NCBI GenBank assembly: GCA_943356485.1
Contig: CALRFD010000002.1
Location: 136,156 to 200,155, forward strand
From: Patescibacteria group bacterium
Lineage (GTDB): Bacteria > Patescibacteriota > Microgenomatia > Daviesbacterales > UBA10151
Length of the DNA stretch: 64,000 nt
Direction: 5' to 3'
This document shows, piece by piece, positions 18,352 to 28,002 of this stretch (position 1 is the stretch's first letter; each line of letters begins with the position of its first letter). The notes under the pieces were generated by a model that saw only the letters and a program-made list of their open reading frames with translations, made no database searches and was not told the DNA's origin. The position numbers were made by a program, and so were the translations under genes.

Positions 18352-18888
18352 CTACTCTTCGCTTGGAGGTGGCGGTAAGAATTCTTCCCCAGCATTACTT
18401 GTTGGCACTTCACCCGGCTTTAACCATCGTATATAGGTACAGCCTGTCGCTAATCTTTTAGCCGAATCCCAACCGGCAGTTGAACATTTCTCCATCTTTT
18501 TGCCGGAGGAAGTTGTAAATAATACTAATTTTTCCCCGCACTGAGGACAATCTATGTCAAGAGGTTCTGATGTTCCATTTATCCACTCAACATAGTCGCA
18601 ACCAGTGGCAGCTTTGGCTTCCTTATCCCAACCTCCAGTAGAACATTTCTTCATCTTTTTACCAAAACGGGTTACCTGTAGAACCAAAGGTGATCCGCAT
18701 TTAGGACATTTTTCATCCAGAGTTTGAGGCTCAGCAGACAACCATTTAACAAAATCGCAACCTTCGTTCTTTCGGGTCTCTTTATTCCAGTATCCTTTTG
18801 AACAACGCTGCAGCTTTTTACCGGTTGGAGTTTCGCTAACCTCAGAAAGAGGCGAACCACACTTGGGACAAATATCAGACGTATCCAT
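18352..18888 (-). CDS. stand-alone protein with three topoisomerase-type C4 zinc-ribbon repeats (YrdD-like)
   Basis: Three repeats CPKCGSPL..C..GC.., CPKCGSPLVLQVTRFGKKMKKCSTGGW..GC, CPQCGEKLVLFTTSSGKKMEKC..GC; resembles Topo I C-terminal zinc ribbons. Confidence 0.6.
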   Translation of the reverse strand: MDTSDICPKCGSPLSEVSETPTGKKLQRCSKGYWNKETRKNEGCDFVKWLSAEPQTLDEKCPKCGSPLVLQVTRFGKKMKKCSTGGWDKEAKAATGCDYVEWINGTSEPLDIDCPQCGEKLVLFTTSSGKKMEKCSTAGWDSAKRLATGCTYIRWLKPGEVPTSNAGEEFLPPPPSEE

Positions 18889-18955
18889 GCTTTTTAGAGT
18901 ACCATTTAACTCTTCGTGATTTCAACTATTAGTTTCAAATGGTATCATTGCTACT

Positions 18956-19855
18956 ATGTTAAAAGGTATCGATATCAGTGAATACCAACCGAACGTGGAT
19001 TTTAATGTTTTAAAATCTCAAATAGATTTTGTCATTATCCGGGCAAGTTATGGCAATGGATATGTTGATAAATCTTTTGCAACCCATAAGTTAGGTGCAA
19101 GATCAGTCAATCTTCCCTGCGGATTTTACCATTACGCATATCCTCAATATAATGACGCGGAGGCAGAAGCAGATTGGTTTTTACAAACTGTTGGTACTCC
19201 GGAAACTGGAGAGATACTCTGTCTGGATTTTGAAGAAAACTGGAGCGGAGATATTCCCGGCTGGTGCGCTAAATTTCTTGACCGGTTATCCCTAAACTTA
19301 GGTGGCTACAAAGGTCTAATTTATTTAAATCAAAATTTAATCCAACACAACGATTGGTCTAGGGTAGTTAATTCTGGATACGGATTATGGGTAGCTTCAT
19401 ACGACAGTGACCCAAATTCTGTTCACTTTAATACCCCATGGCCATCTGTATTTATTAAACAATACAGCGATGCGGGTATTGTTTCCGGAGTATCAAATAA
19501 AGTTGATGTCAATACTTTTTTCGGAGATCTTTCCAGCCTGCAAAATATCGGATTTCACTTAAGCCAACCGTTTCAATCTATTCCCGAACCAAGTCAACCT
19601 GAGACAACTTCAAATAACTCAAATATAAGTGACCAAAACCCAAACACAAATATCGAAAGGTCAACAAATCAGATATTTTTTGATAGTTTAAAAAGCAGAA
19701 AATTAATCTTAGCTCTTCTTGCCTCTCTCACCACCTTTTTAAATTCTATATTTAACTTAAATCTAACACAAAATGAACTGGTATTATTTCTATTACCTAT
19801 ACTGGCATTTATTATTGTTGAAGGTCTAGCTGATATTATGAAAAGAAGCAAATGA
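18956..19855 (+). CDS. GH25 family muramidase (lysozyme) with C-terminal membrane anchor
   Basis: N-terminus MLKGIDISEYQPNVDFNVLKSQIDFVIIRASYGNGYVDKSF matches GH25 (Cpl-1/LytC-type) catalytic start; C-terminal hydrophobic stretches. Confidence 0.8.
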   Translation: MLKGIDISEYQPNVDFNVLKSQIDFVIIRASYGNGYVDKSFATHKLGARSVNLPCGFYHYAYPQYNDAEAEADWFLQTVGTPETGEILCLDFEENWSGDIPGWCAKFLDRLSLNLGGYKGLIYLNQNLIQHNDWSRVVNSGYGLWVASYDSDPNSVHFNTPWPSVFIKQYSDAGIVSGVSNKVDVNTFFGDLSSLQNIGFHLSQPFQSIPEPSQPETTSNNSNISDQNPNTNIERSTNQIFFDSLKSRKLILALLASLTTFLNSIFNLNLTQNELVLFLLPILAFIIVEGLADIMKRSK

Positions 19856-19857
19856 TC

Positions 19858-20745
19858 TTAAAGCTTTCCTGGTATTAAAACCTCTTTAATTGAGTGATCA
19901 TCGTTTATAACAACCACCTGTTGCGTATGAATTTTATCATACGCTAGATTTTTAATCTGTATTGCCGGATGAACTGACCTCCAAAAATAGTGGACAAATT
20001 CTACAATCTGCTCATGGGTCATGCCCTCTCCTTTGGCTCTTAATATTTCCTCTGCCTGATCCCGCCATGCAAGTGAAATTTGATAATTTGGCACATACAG
20101 CACATTCATAAAATCAATTAATCCCCAAAGTGGCAAGTATTCATCTAACTTTTTATTGATATCTTTGGCAAATTGAACATGCTCTTTTGTTTCCAAAGCC
20201 GGCAAACCAGATTCAAAGATCGATTCATCTTCAACCCTTCTGGCTCCAAGCATCCAGCCGTCAAAAAGAATAAAATCCGGTTTATCAGAAATGGTTTTCC
20301 AACCTATCCTGTCTCCGTCCCCATTTTCTACGCCTTTATCATATACGGGTACTTTAATCTTTGCTCCAGCCTCCATAGATTTTAAATCTGCTAAGTTTTT
20401 TACAGCCAGTGGAATATCATGCGTAACTCCCCTACGCATATACCTAGGGTCTTTTTCTCTTAGTTCACTCAGCTCCTTATGAGTAATATAGTAGTCATCA
20501 ATGGATAGACTAATTGACGAGTAACCTAAGCTCCTTAGAAGAGATTCCATAATCTCACCTTGGGTTGTTTTACCGGCTCCTTGTATTGCGCAAATTCCTA
20601 CTACCAAGCCATGACTGCTCTTTTTTTCTTTCTTTAAATCGATCAATTCCTTGGCATATGGACGATAATATTTTTCTAAATCTTTATTTAAGTTCTCCGG
20701 GGAAATCTCCGGGCGCTTCCTTAAAAGTTCATCAAAAGTATCCAT
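19858..20745 (-). CDS. P-loop kinase of the PRK/uridine-kinase-like family (glycerate-3-kinase-like)
   Basis: Walker A VVGICAIQGAGKTTQ similar to GLYK-type kinases; 295 aa. Confidence 0.45.
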   Translation of the reverse strand: MDTFDELLRKRPEISPENLNKDLEKYYRPYAKELIDLKKEKKSSHGLVVGICAIQGAGKTTQGEIMESLLRSLGYSSISLSIDDYYITHKELSELREKDPRYMRRGVTHDIPLAVKNLADLKSMEAGAKIKVPVYDKGVENGDGDRIGWKTISDKPDFILFDGWMLGARRVEDESIFESGLPALETKEHVQFAKDINKKLDEYLPLWGLIDFMNVLYVPNYQISLAWRDQAEEILRAKGEGMTHEQIVEFVHYFWRSVHPAIQIKNLAYDKIHTQQVVVINDDHSIKEVLIPGKL

Positions 20746-20904
20746 TGACTTGATTATATCTTATAGGTGTGTTATACTGCTATCAGTTGATTTAGATTTT
20801 CAAGCTACCGAATCATTTTTTCCACACGGATCAGACTTTTAAAGTAGCTCCTTACTAATTATTTAATTAGTTTTTTCTTTTTCAATTCTTAAATTTTTAT
20901 ATTT

Positions 20905-22182
20905 ATGTACGATAACAAGCCAAAAGGCTTTCGCTCCTCCGTTAGAGGAGGAGCATCACAAAATAATAGACCCTTTAGAAAACCATTCCAAAAAAGTGGT
21001 TTTCAAACATACAAAAATAACGGTGGTTTTAACCAATCAAGAGGCGGTGGAAGCGGCAGGGGTTTACATGAAAGTAAACTTAAAGGTCAAGTTGATATCT
21101 TTATTAAAAAAGCTAGCGAATCCTCTATTGAAACCGATACTCTTTCACAAAAACTTTTCTCAGATTTCGACTTGATTACTCCTTTAAAAGAAAATATTCA
21201 AAAAAAAGGCTATACAACCCCCACTCCAATACAGGAAAAAACAATTCCGGCAATCTTGCAAGGCCGTGATTTGATTGGCCTGGCAAATACCGGAACAGGT
21301 AAAACAGCTGCTTTTTTAATTCCTATAATCAACAAGATTTGCAAGGATCGAAACCAGGCTGCTTTAATAATTACACCTACAAGAGAGCTGGCAGTACAAA
21401 TTAATGATGAATTTAAGGCTTTTGCCTGGGATTTAAGAATTTATTCAGCCCTTCTTATTGGAGGTTCAAATATGCATAGGCAACTAAATGATCTAAGACG
21501 AAATCCTAATGTGGTAATCGGTACACCTGGCAGGCTTAAAGATTTAATTCAAAGACAGATGCTTCGTTTAAACGATTTCTCAATTTTCGTACTTGATGAG
21601 GTAGATCTAATGGTAGATATCGGATTTGTTAACGATGTCAAATACTTCATGGGACTCCTGCCTCAAGTAAGACAGTCTTTATTTTTCTCTGCCACCATCT
21701 CTCCTAAAATTAGCGAGATCCTGCAAGACTTTGTGCAAAATCCGGTCACAGTCTCAGTTAAAGTGCGCGATACTGCAGAAAATGTTGACCAGGATGTAGT
21801 TAGAGTTACAAGTAGAGATAAAAAACTTGACCAACTACATGATCTTTTAATTAAAGACGGGTTTGATAAAGTTCTGATTTTCGGCAAAACAAAACATGGT
21901 ATTGAAAAATTGAACAAGGAATTGGAATTTAGAGGATTTAAAGTAGGAAGCATACACGGAAATAAAAAACAATCCCAACGCCAAAGAGTCCTGCAAAGTT
22001 TTAAAAGGGATGAAATAAATATACTTTTGGCAACAGATGTAGCATCCAGAGGCCTGGATATTCCAGATGTTAGCCATGTTATTAATTATGATCTACCACA
22101 AACTTTCGAAGATTATATCCACAGAATCGGTAGAACTGGCAGAGCCGGTAAAACCGGTACTGCATTAACATTTGTGGAATAA
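20905..22182 (+). CDS. DEAD-box ATP-dependent RNA helicase with N-terminal Gly/Arg-rich region
   Basis: Q-motif/motif I TGTGKTAAF, motif II VLDEVD (DEVD variant), SAT, motif VI HRIGRTGRAG. Confidence 0.9.
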   Translation: MYDNKPKGFRSSVRGGASQNNRPFRKPFQKSGFQTYKNNGGFNQSRGGGSGRGLHESKLKGQVDIFIKKASESSIETDTLSQKLFSDFDLITPLKENIQKKGYTTPTPIQEKTIPAILQGRDLIGLANTGTGKTAAFLIPIINKICKDRNQAALIITPTRELAVQINDEFKAFAWDLRIYSALLIGGSNMHRQLNDLRRNPNVVIGTPGRLKDLIQRQMLRLNDFSIFVLDEVDLMVDIGFVNDVKYFMGLLPQVRQSLFFSATISPKISEILQDFVQNPVTVSVKVRDTAENVDQDVVRVTSRDKKLDQLHDLLIKDGFDKVLIFGKTKHGIEKLNKELEFRGFKVGSIHGNKKQSQRQRVLQSFKRDEINILLATDVASRGLDIPDVSHVINYDLPQTFEDYIHRIGRTGRAGKTGTALTFVE

Positions 22183-22184
22183 CT

Positions 22185-23636
22185 TTAGACATACCCCGGG
22201 AAAAAATCTACTTTTATTTCTTTAACTCCCAAGCTCTCTAAAGTTTTTTCAAAAGCCTCTATCATGGAGCGGCGACCGGAGATATAAAATATTCTTTCTC
22301 TAAAATCAAGAACCTGTTGTCTTATCATCTCCTCGTCTATATAACCCGTGGTATCTGTATTCACATATATTGTTTTAATCCCTAATTTTAAAGCGGCCTG
22401 GTCAAATATATCTTGATAAACAATATCTTCAGCTGTCTTATTTGAAAAAAGCAAGACTATATCTCTTTTTTCATTTTTATCCAGTAAGTATTTAACCATA
22501 CTTCTAAATGGTGTCACTCCAATACCACCTGCTATAAAACAAAGCTTCCTACTTAAATCTTTAGGTAATGTAAATTCCCCGGACAACTGACTGGCAATTA
22601 TTTCGCTATCCTTTGGTAAATCCATGAGTGATTTTTTAAAACTACTGGGATTTGGATATAACTTAATTCCTATTCTTAAGTTGTCTTCAGTTGGGGAAGA
22701 GGCAAGAGTGAAATATCTCCTGCTTCCTCTGCTGTCAGGGTTTTTTTGCGGCAGAGTCCATTCCATATATTGCCCGGCAAGATAAGATGGTGGTTTTTCT
22801 AGTCCGAAGACAAAATCATAAATGCCAGGAGCAATTTTAATCTTCTCCTTGAGCTTAAGTAACAACCTCTCTTTTGGACTGACAAAAAAAGAGAAAATAT
22901 TACCTATCAGAATGGCTAGCTCCGGAGTCGGATAAATAGATCCCAGATGAATTTGCGGAGTAAATAATAAACCTACTATAAAACCATTCAATATCTGGAG
23001 GATTTTTGTAGGCGGTGTGGTTTGCGGTTCAGTCAACATGATAAAACTAAAAAAGAGTATTAAAGATGCAGAAGAATTAAATGAATTCCGCCCTAAAATA
23101 ACCACTAAAGAGGTTAGTAAAAAACTTAATACCAAACTAAACCTTCTGACTTTTCTAACCACTAATAACCCACCAAGTAGCACAACTGGAATCATCCAAA
23201 AACTTCCAATCCACCAACTGGCTGATTGATCGCTGACAAAAGCAATGACAACCACTGCAAAAGCAGCCGGGTTAAAAATATGTTTTCTATTTATAGCCAG
23301 GATATATTTTGATCCCATCGCTAAAACCGCTACCAGAGTAAAAAAGTAGATATCATTAATGTTCTCAATCGGATTGATTATTAAAGTTAAAATTAGTGCT
23401 GTAATATAAACGGATTCTAAATTTGTTGTAGCTTTAAATATCTTTGCAAATACCGTATTTGCTCCCCAGCAAACAGCTATTAAAAAAACTGCCGAAAAAA
23501 TTAATTCGACCGGGTTAATAGGCAACCAGCCAAATGAACTAAACCCTAAAGCCGACAGTAAAAAAAAGATCAGTACAAAAAGTACTAATCTATACATAGT
23601 TATCTGATTTAAAAAATCATCGATGTATTTAAGCAT
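22185..23636 (-). CDS. polytopic membrane protein fused to C-terminal ferredoxin-NADP reductase-like FAD/NAD(P)-binding domain
   Basis: ~7 TM N-terminal half; C-terminal RRYFTLASSP (RxY[ST] FAD motif) and CFIAGGIGVTPFRSM (GGxGxxP NAD motif). Confidence 0.6.
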   Translation of the reverse strand: MLKYIDDFLNQITMYRLVLFVLIFFLLSALGFSSFGWLPINPVELIFSAVFLIAVCWGANTVFAKIFKATTNLESVYITALILTLIINPIENINDIYFFTLVAVLAMGSKYILAINRKHIFNPAAFAVVVIAFVSDQSASWWIGSFWMIPVVLLGGLLVVRKVRRFSLVLSFLLTSLVVILGRNSFNSSASLILFFSFIMLTEPQTTPPTKILQILNGFIVGLLFTPQIHLGSIYPTPELAILIGNIFSFFVSPKERLLLKLKEKIKIAPGIYDFVFGLEKPPSYLAGQYMEWTLPQKNPDSRGSRRYFTLASSPTEDNLRIGIKLYPNPSSFKKSLMDLPKDSEIIASQLSGEFTLPKDLSRKLCFIAGGIGVTPFRSMVKYLLDKNEKRDIVLLFSNKTAEDIVYQDIFDQAALKLGIKTIYVNTDTTGYIDEEMIRQQVLDFRERIFYISGRRSMIEAFEKTLESLGVKEIKVDFFPGYV

Positions 23637-23638
23637 CT

Positions 23639-25156
23639 TTAATATCTATCCGGCTTACCCAACACCATAAATCTCCAGAAAAATGGAAAATGAAGAGTGG
23701 ATAATACAGTTGAGGGAACTATCGGACAAGTCTTGCTCTCACAAGCAATTTCAAAAGCATTATAGATATAAATTATATTAAAATAGATACCCACAATTAT
23801 TACTCCTATAATTAATCCTTTAGAAATCCTATCAAGGATATTCAAATTAAAAACTCCTCTTAAAATTGATGGTAATAAAAGTGCGCTTAAAATATTCCTA
23901 TATAAACCTGGGTGGATATTATCCCGAAAGTCATTTGCCAAAAGCATTCTGTTTCCAAGTAACATTCCAGCAACTATAAAGCTGGAAAAAAAATCAGCTT
24001 TTTTAACTAAGTATTGTAGACCCCAAGCCCCAATAATTGCTAAAAATGGATAAGAAGGAAACCTATACCAGGCAAGTAAATCATTCTCCCCTCCGGATAT
24101 CATCACCATAATAACTGTATAGACAAAAACAAAAATAACCAGTGATGATCGATCAGACAAATCCCGCAGATTTTTGAAAAATTTTGTGGTGAAGATAAAG
24201 TAGGCACTGGAAAGTAAGCAGAAAACGAACCAGCTGTCTTTAAGCAAATCTGTTTTATAAGCTGGAGTTATAAAATACCAGGCCAAACTGCCAAAGCCGA
24301 TTGGTCTGTTTGATTGGATCGCTAAAATATTTTTAAAGATCGCTGCATCCATTAAATATCCATATGCAAAATATGCAAACAAAAATGGTATGGTAGCCAA
24401 TATTAAATAAAGACTGGAATAGATGGCTGATTTAACTGCTTTGCTTTGATAATAGTGGGTGAAAACAATAAATAATACAAAAGGTAGTAACAAATACCCT
24501 GTAGGTTTAGATAATCCAGCAATACCTATTAAAATTGGTATCGGATAAATTAACCAACTTTTATCTTTTTCTAAAAAGTTAAGTAAGAGATAAAAAATAA
24601 CTGTTAATATTAAGGCTATTAGATTCTCCGGCATGGCAGACCTGGAGGCAAATACAAAAAGGGGTATTGTCCCGAAAAGTATCATCGAAAGTATACCTGT
24701 CCAATATCCGGAGATTTTTTTAGCAATTAAAAAAATCATAATTGAAGTTAAGGCAGCAAAGAAAATAACCGGAATTCTAATATAGGAGCTGGGAATCACA
24801 TCTGTTCTTACTGCATGATTAATATGAGCAAACCAACCAACAATCAAAGAAAATAAGGGTGGCTCATCAAGCCAAGGCCGATAAAGCGTCACCCAGACGT
24901 TAGGAATCCCACCTTTATATGTTACTTCTCCTGAAAAGACCTCTGCTTTCTTAGGGTAGTCTAGAGTCGACCAGGAAACAGGGATACCAGTTTCAATTAA
25001 ATATAGTCCTGACCAGGAATAAAGCATTTCATCTAAATGATTAGCTGGAGGAACTTTTTCATAGTTATGAGCCCTGATAATAAAAGTTGAGTAAAGTATT
25101 AGAAAGAAAATAAAAATCCTGAAATATTTATCTTTGAATATTTTCTTGAGGTTCAT
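23639..25156 (-). CDS. GT-C fold glycosyltransferase (ArnT/PMT-like family)
   Basis: 505-aa polytopic membrane protein; N-terminal region NYEKVPPANHLDEMLYSWSGLYLIETG typical of ArnT/PMT_2-type transferases. Confidence 0.55.
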   Translation of the reverse strand: MNLKKIFKDKYFRIFIFFLILYSTFIIRAHNYEKVPPANHLDEMLYSWSGLYLIETGIPVSWSTLDYPKKAEVFSGEVTYKGGIPNVWVTLYRPWLDEPPLFSLIVGWFAHINHAVRTDVIPSSYIRIPVIFFAALTSIMIFLIAKKISGYWTGILSMILFGTIPLFVFASRSAMPENLIALILTVIFYLLLNFLEKDKSWLIYPIPILIGIAGLSKPTGYLLLPFVLFIVFTHYYQSKAVKSAIYSSLYLILATIPFLFAYFAYGYLMDAAIFKNILAIQSNRPIGFGSLAWYFITPAYKTDLLKDSWFVFCLLSSAYFIFTTKFFKNLRDLSDRSSLVIFVFVYTVIMVMISGGENDLLAWYRFPSYPFLAIIGAWGLQYLVKKADFFSSFIVAGMLLGNRMLLANDFRDNIHPGLYRNILSALLLPSILRGVFNLNILDRISKGLIIGVIIVGIYFNIIYIYNAFEIACESKTCPIVPSTVLSTLHFPFFWRFMVLGKPDRY

Positions 25157-25185
25157 CTAAACTATTATACTAAATCTGATTTAAT

Positions 25186-26121
25186 TTAATTACCTGCAAA
25201 ATTATTTTTAGAAACCCCCATTACCGCAGTATTTCGCTTTCCCGGGAAAGTTTTTTCATCAACTAAGGTTAATAAATTTTTCCCAACTCTTCCGCCCGGT
25301 CTGATTCTATAAAGAAAATATCTATTTGTATCTGTGATAAGAGTTCCTGAAATTGTAGTAACAGCTGTTTTAAATCCAACATCTTTAACAACCTGTATTG
25401 CCTGGTTATCAAATGCCCCATAAGGATACGCAAACGATACAATTGGAATTCCTGTCTTCTCTTCCAGATATTTTTTGCTTTCCTCTATTTCAGATCTGAC
25501 TCTTTTTAAAGGCAATCCGGCCAGATAAGTATGATTCATTGTATGCGCCCCTATTTCAACCAAACCGCTTTGAACAATCTCCTTAAGCTGCCGACTTGTT
25601 AAGTTATTAGGTTTATCTAAAAAGTTAGGAACAATATAGGCAATAGCTTTGATGTTGTATTTTTTTAATATCGGGAAAACATCTGTATAAAAATCCCTAT
25701 ATCCATCATCAAAAGTTAAAATAATCGGCTTTTTAGGTAACTTTATCTTGTCATCATAGAGATCTGCTAAATCTTTTGGAGTTATAAAGACAAAGCCTGC
25801 ATCCTTCAATGTCTTTACCTCTTCCTCAAAAACAATAGGAACAATATTTAAAGACTTTCTGATAGTATCTCCTTCGTCTTTTACATACTCAACATAATGA
25901 TAAAGTAAAATAGGTACATAAAACTCTTTCGTCTGCTTTATGTTTAAAACATCTTTTTTTATCTGCTGAGGGATTTCTACAACATCAGGTACTGCGATTT
26001 TAAAATGAATAACACCATATAGCAGGCTTAAGAAAATAATTACGAAAATTATTATAAACACTAGCTTAACATTAAATAGATTTGATCTCGTTGATTTTGT
26101 TTTAGTTTTATTTTTATGCAT
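25186..26121 (-). CDS. polysaccharide deacetylase (NodB homology, CE4), membrane-anchored
   Basis: NodB motifs ILTFDDGYRDFY (TFDDG) and HTMNH; N-terminal TM. Confidence 0.8.
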   Translation of the reverse strand: MHKNKTKTKSTRSNLFNVKLVFIIIFVIIFLSLLYGVIHFKIAVPDVVEIPQQIKKDVLNIKQTKEFYVPILLYHYVEYVKDEGDTIRKSLNIVPIVFEEEVKTLKDAGFVFITPKDLADLYDDKIKLPKKPIILTFDDGYRDFYTDVFPILKKYNIKAIAYIVPNFLDKPNNLTSRQLKEIVQSGLVEIGAHTMNHTYLAGLPLKRVRSEIEESKKYLEEKTGIPIVSFAYPYGAFDNQAIQVVKDVGFKTAVTTISGTLITDTNRYFLYRIRPGGRVGKNLLTLVDEKTFPGKRNTAVMGVSKNNFAGN

Positions 26122-26136
26122 TTTTATATCTTAATT

Positions 26137-27069
26137 TTAAAAATTTTCCAATTCTACTTGTATATGCTTAACTTCAGGAACTTCTTTTTTAATTTCTTCT
26201 TTAATTTTGTGAATTAGATTTTCAATCTCGTGGGTTTTTAAATCCTCTGCTAAATTTACTTCCATGTTGACTAATAATTTCTCTGATCCAATATGCAGGG
26301 TTTTAAGATCCAGTATTTTTCTGACTTCCGGTGTATTTAATGTTATCAATCTAATTCTACCTTCAACTTCTGAGGAGGCGCTCCTGCCGACAATCAGATC
26401 CATCACCCCCATAAGTAAAATAAATGCCAAAATTCCCAAAGTTGTCCCAATTAATATTGCGCCTAATCCGTCAAATCTATAGTCATTGGTGAATTTATAA
26501 ATAATTAGTGCAATAGCTCCTAAAATAGAAGCGCTCATACCCATAAGATCTAAGATGAAGGTGGTTTTTGTTTCTATTAGCGAGGTTCTCAAAAAGATTT
26601 TAATAACCTGGTTGATATTCCTATTTCGAAGCAACCTTTTTAGACTTAGAAAAAAGGAAGCCCCATTTGTAATAGCAGTCAATACCAAAACTGCAAAAGC
26701 CAGATTAATATCATGTACTTCCTGCGGATGTCTAAATCTTTGCCAACCAAAGTAAATTGATAAGATTGAGGATATTGCAAACATCACCATACCGGAAAGC
26801 AAAGCCCAAAAATACAACTCCCTTCCATATCCAAAAGGATGATCCTTGTCCTCTTTTTGAGAAGATCTAGCCAATCCCACAAGCAGTAAACCTGAAGATA
26901 TTAAATCAGCCATCCCTTCTAAAACCTGCGATACCATAATCACAGAACCTGAAATAATGGCTACTGCCAAAGATAGGACAATGTCTAAAAAATCAACCAG
27001 AAATGATACTACCACGACTGTACTTGAGGATATTTTTTTCTTATCAGGACTTTTAATGTTGCTTAACAC
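26137..27069 (-). CDS. cation diffusion facilitator (CDF) family transporter
   Basis: 6-TM N-terminal domain plus cytoplasmic C-terminal domain; 310 aa typical. Confidence 0.65.
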   Translation of the reverse strand: MLSNIKSPDKKKISSSTVVVVSFLVDFLDIVLSLAVAIISGSVIMVSQVLEGMADLISSGLLLVGLARSSQKEDKDHPFGYGRELYFWALLSGMVMFAISSILSIYFGWQRFRHPQEVHDINLAFAVLVLTAITNGASFFLSLKRLLRNRNINQVIKIFLRTSLIETKTTFILDLMGMSASILGAIALIIYKFTNDYRFDGLGAILIGTTLGILAFILLMGVMDLIVGRSASSEVEGRIRLITLNTPEVRKILDLKTLHIGSEKLLVNMEVNLAEDLKTHEIENLIHKIKEEIKKEVPEVKHIQVELENF

Positions 27070-27090
27070 AAATATAAGTATAACAAAATT

Positions 27091-28002
27091 TTACATTGTC
27101 GCTACATCCCTGTGCTCATCGGAAAAATCCCGACAACCCATCGGACATAAAGCCTTATTATTTTCATCAGTACAATCAAGACAACAGATAAAATGCCTGT
27201 GGCAAAAATCATCACTGCAATTTATATAGTTTTCAGAAGGCTTGTCACAACTAGCACACCTGCCAATAATCTCGCGCCTTTGATCATCCATATTAAAACC
27301 CATGACTAATCTGTTATCAAAAACATACAACGATCCTTTAAAATCTTCATTCGGATACTTCTCCATATAAGTTACTATTCCGCCAAACAGCTGATAAACA
27401 TCGCTAAATCCTTCTTTTACCAAAAACCCAGAAGCTTTCTCGCATCTGACTCCACCGGTACAAACAGTTACTATTGTTTTTCCTTTTAAATGCTTTATTT
27501 TTGGTAGCAGCTTTGAGATATCTCTAAAATTCTCAATCCCTGATAGTATGGAATTTTCAAAGTACCCCACTCTTTGCTCGTAATCATTTCTCATATCAAC
27601 AATGAAAAACTCTTTTTTCCCTTTTATCCAACTATGCAACTGCTCCGCAGTAAGATATTTCCCTGTAGTTTTATTTGGATCTAAGCCGTCAACCCCGCTT
27701 GCCACAATTTCATTCCTTACTTTGATAGAAAGTTTTGGAAAGGCCTCACCTGTTCCTTCACTTAACTTTATATGAGTATCTGCAAATCTTTTGTCTTTTA
27801 AGAAAATATCCAGATATCTATTAATATCCTCTACTTTCCCTTCCAAAGTTGCATTGATTCCTTCTTTGGCAATAATCATTCTACCCTTGAGGCTTAATTT
27901 AAGACATACCTCCCTTTGCTCATCTCTTAACTTCTCCGGATTTTCGATTGTCACATATTTATAAAAAAGAATGATTTTAAATTTGCTCATAATTAAAATC
28001 AC
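27091..28002 (-). CDS. trhO: rhodanese-domain tRNA uridine(34) hydroxylase TrhO (UPF0176/YceA family)
   Basis: N-terminal FKIILFYKY...EGINATLEG, rhodanese Cys loop VTVCTGGVRCEKASGFL, C-terminal Cys-rich tail. Confidence 0.8.
   Translation of the reverse strand: MILIMSKFKIILFYKYVTIENPEKLRDEQREVCLKLSLKGRMIIAKEGINATLEGKVEDINRYLDIFLKDKRFADTHIKLSEGTGEAFPKLSIKVRNEIVASGVDGLDPNKTTGKYLTAEQLHSWIKGKKEFFIVDMRNDYEQRVGYFENSILSGIENFRDISKLLPKIKHLKGKTIVTVCTGGVRCEKASGFLVKEGFSDVYQLFGGIVTYMEKYPNEDFKGSLYVFDNRLVMGFNMDDQRREIIGRCASCDKPSENYINCSDDFCHRHFICCLDCTDENNKALCPMGCRDFSDEHRDVATM

Noticed and set aside
20760-20800. Sigma-70-like promoter TTGATT-N17-TATACT upstream of the DEAD-box helicase gene
   Set aside because: Good consensus match but ~110 bp from the start codon and untestable here. 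Kept only as a note rather than a feature.
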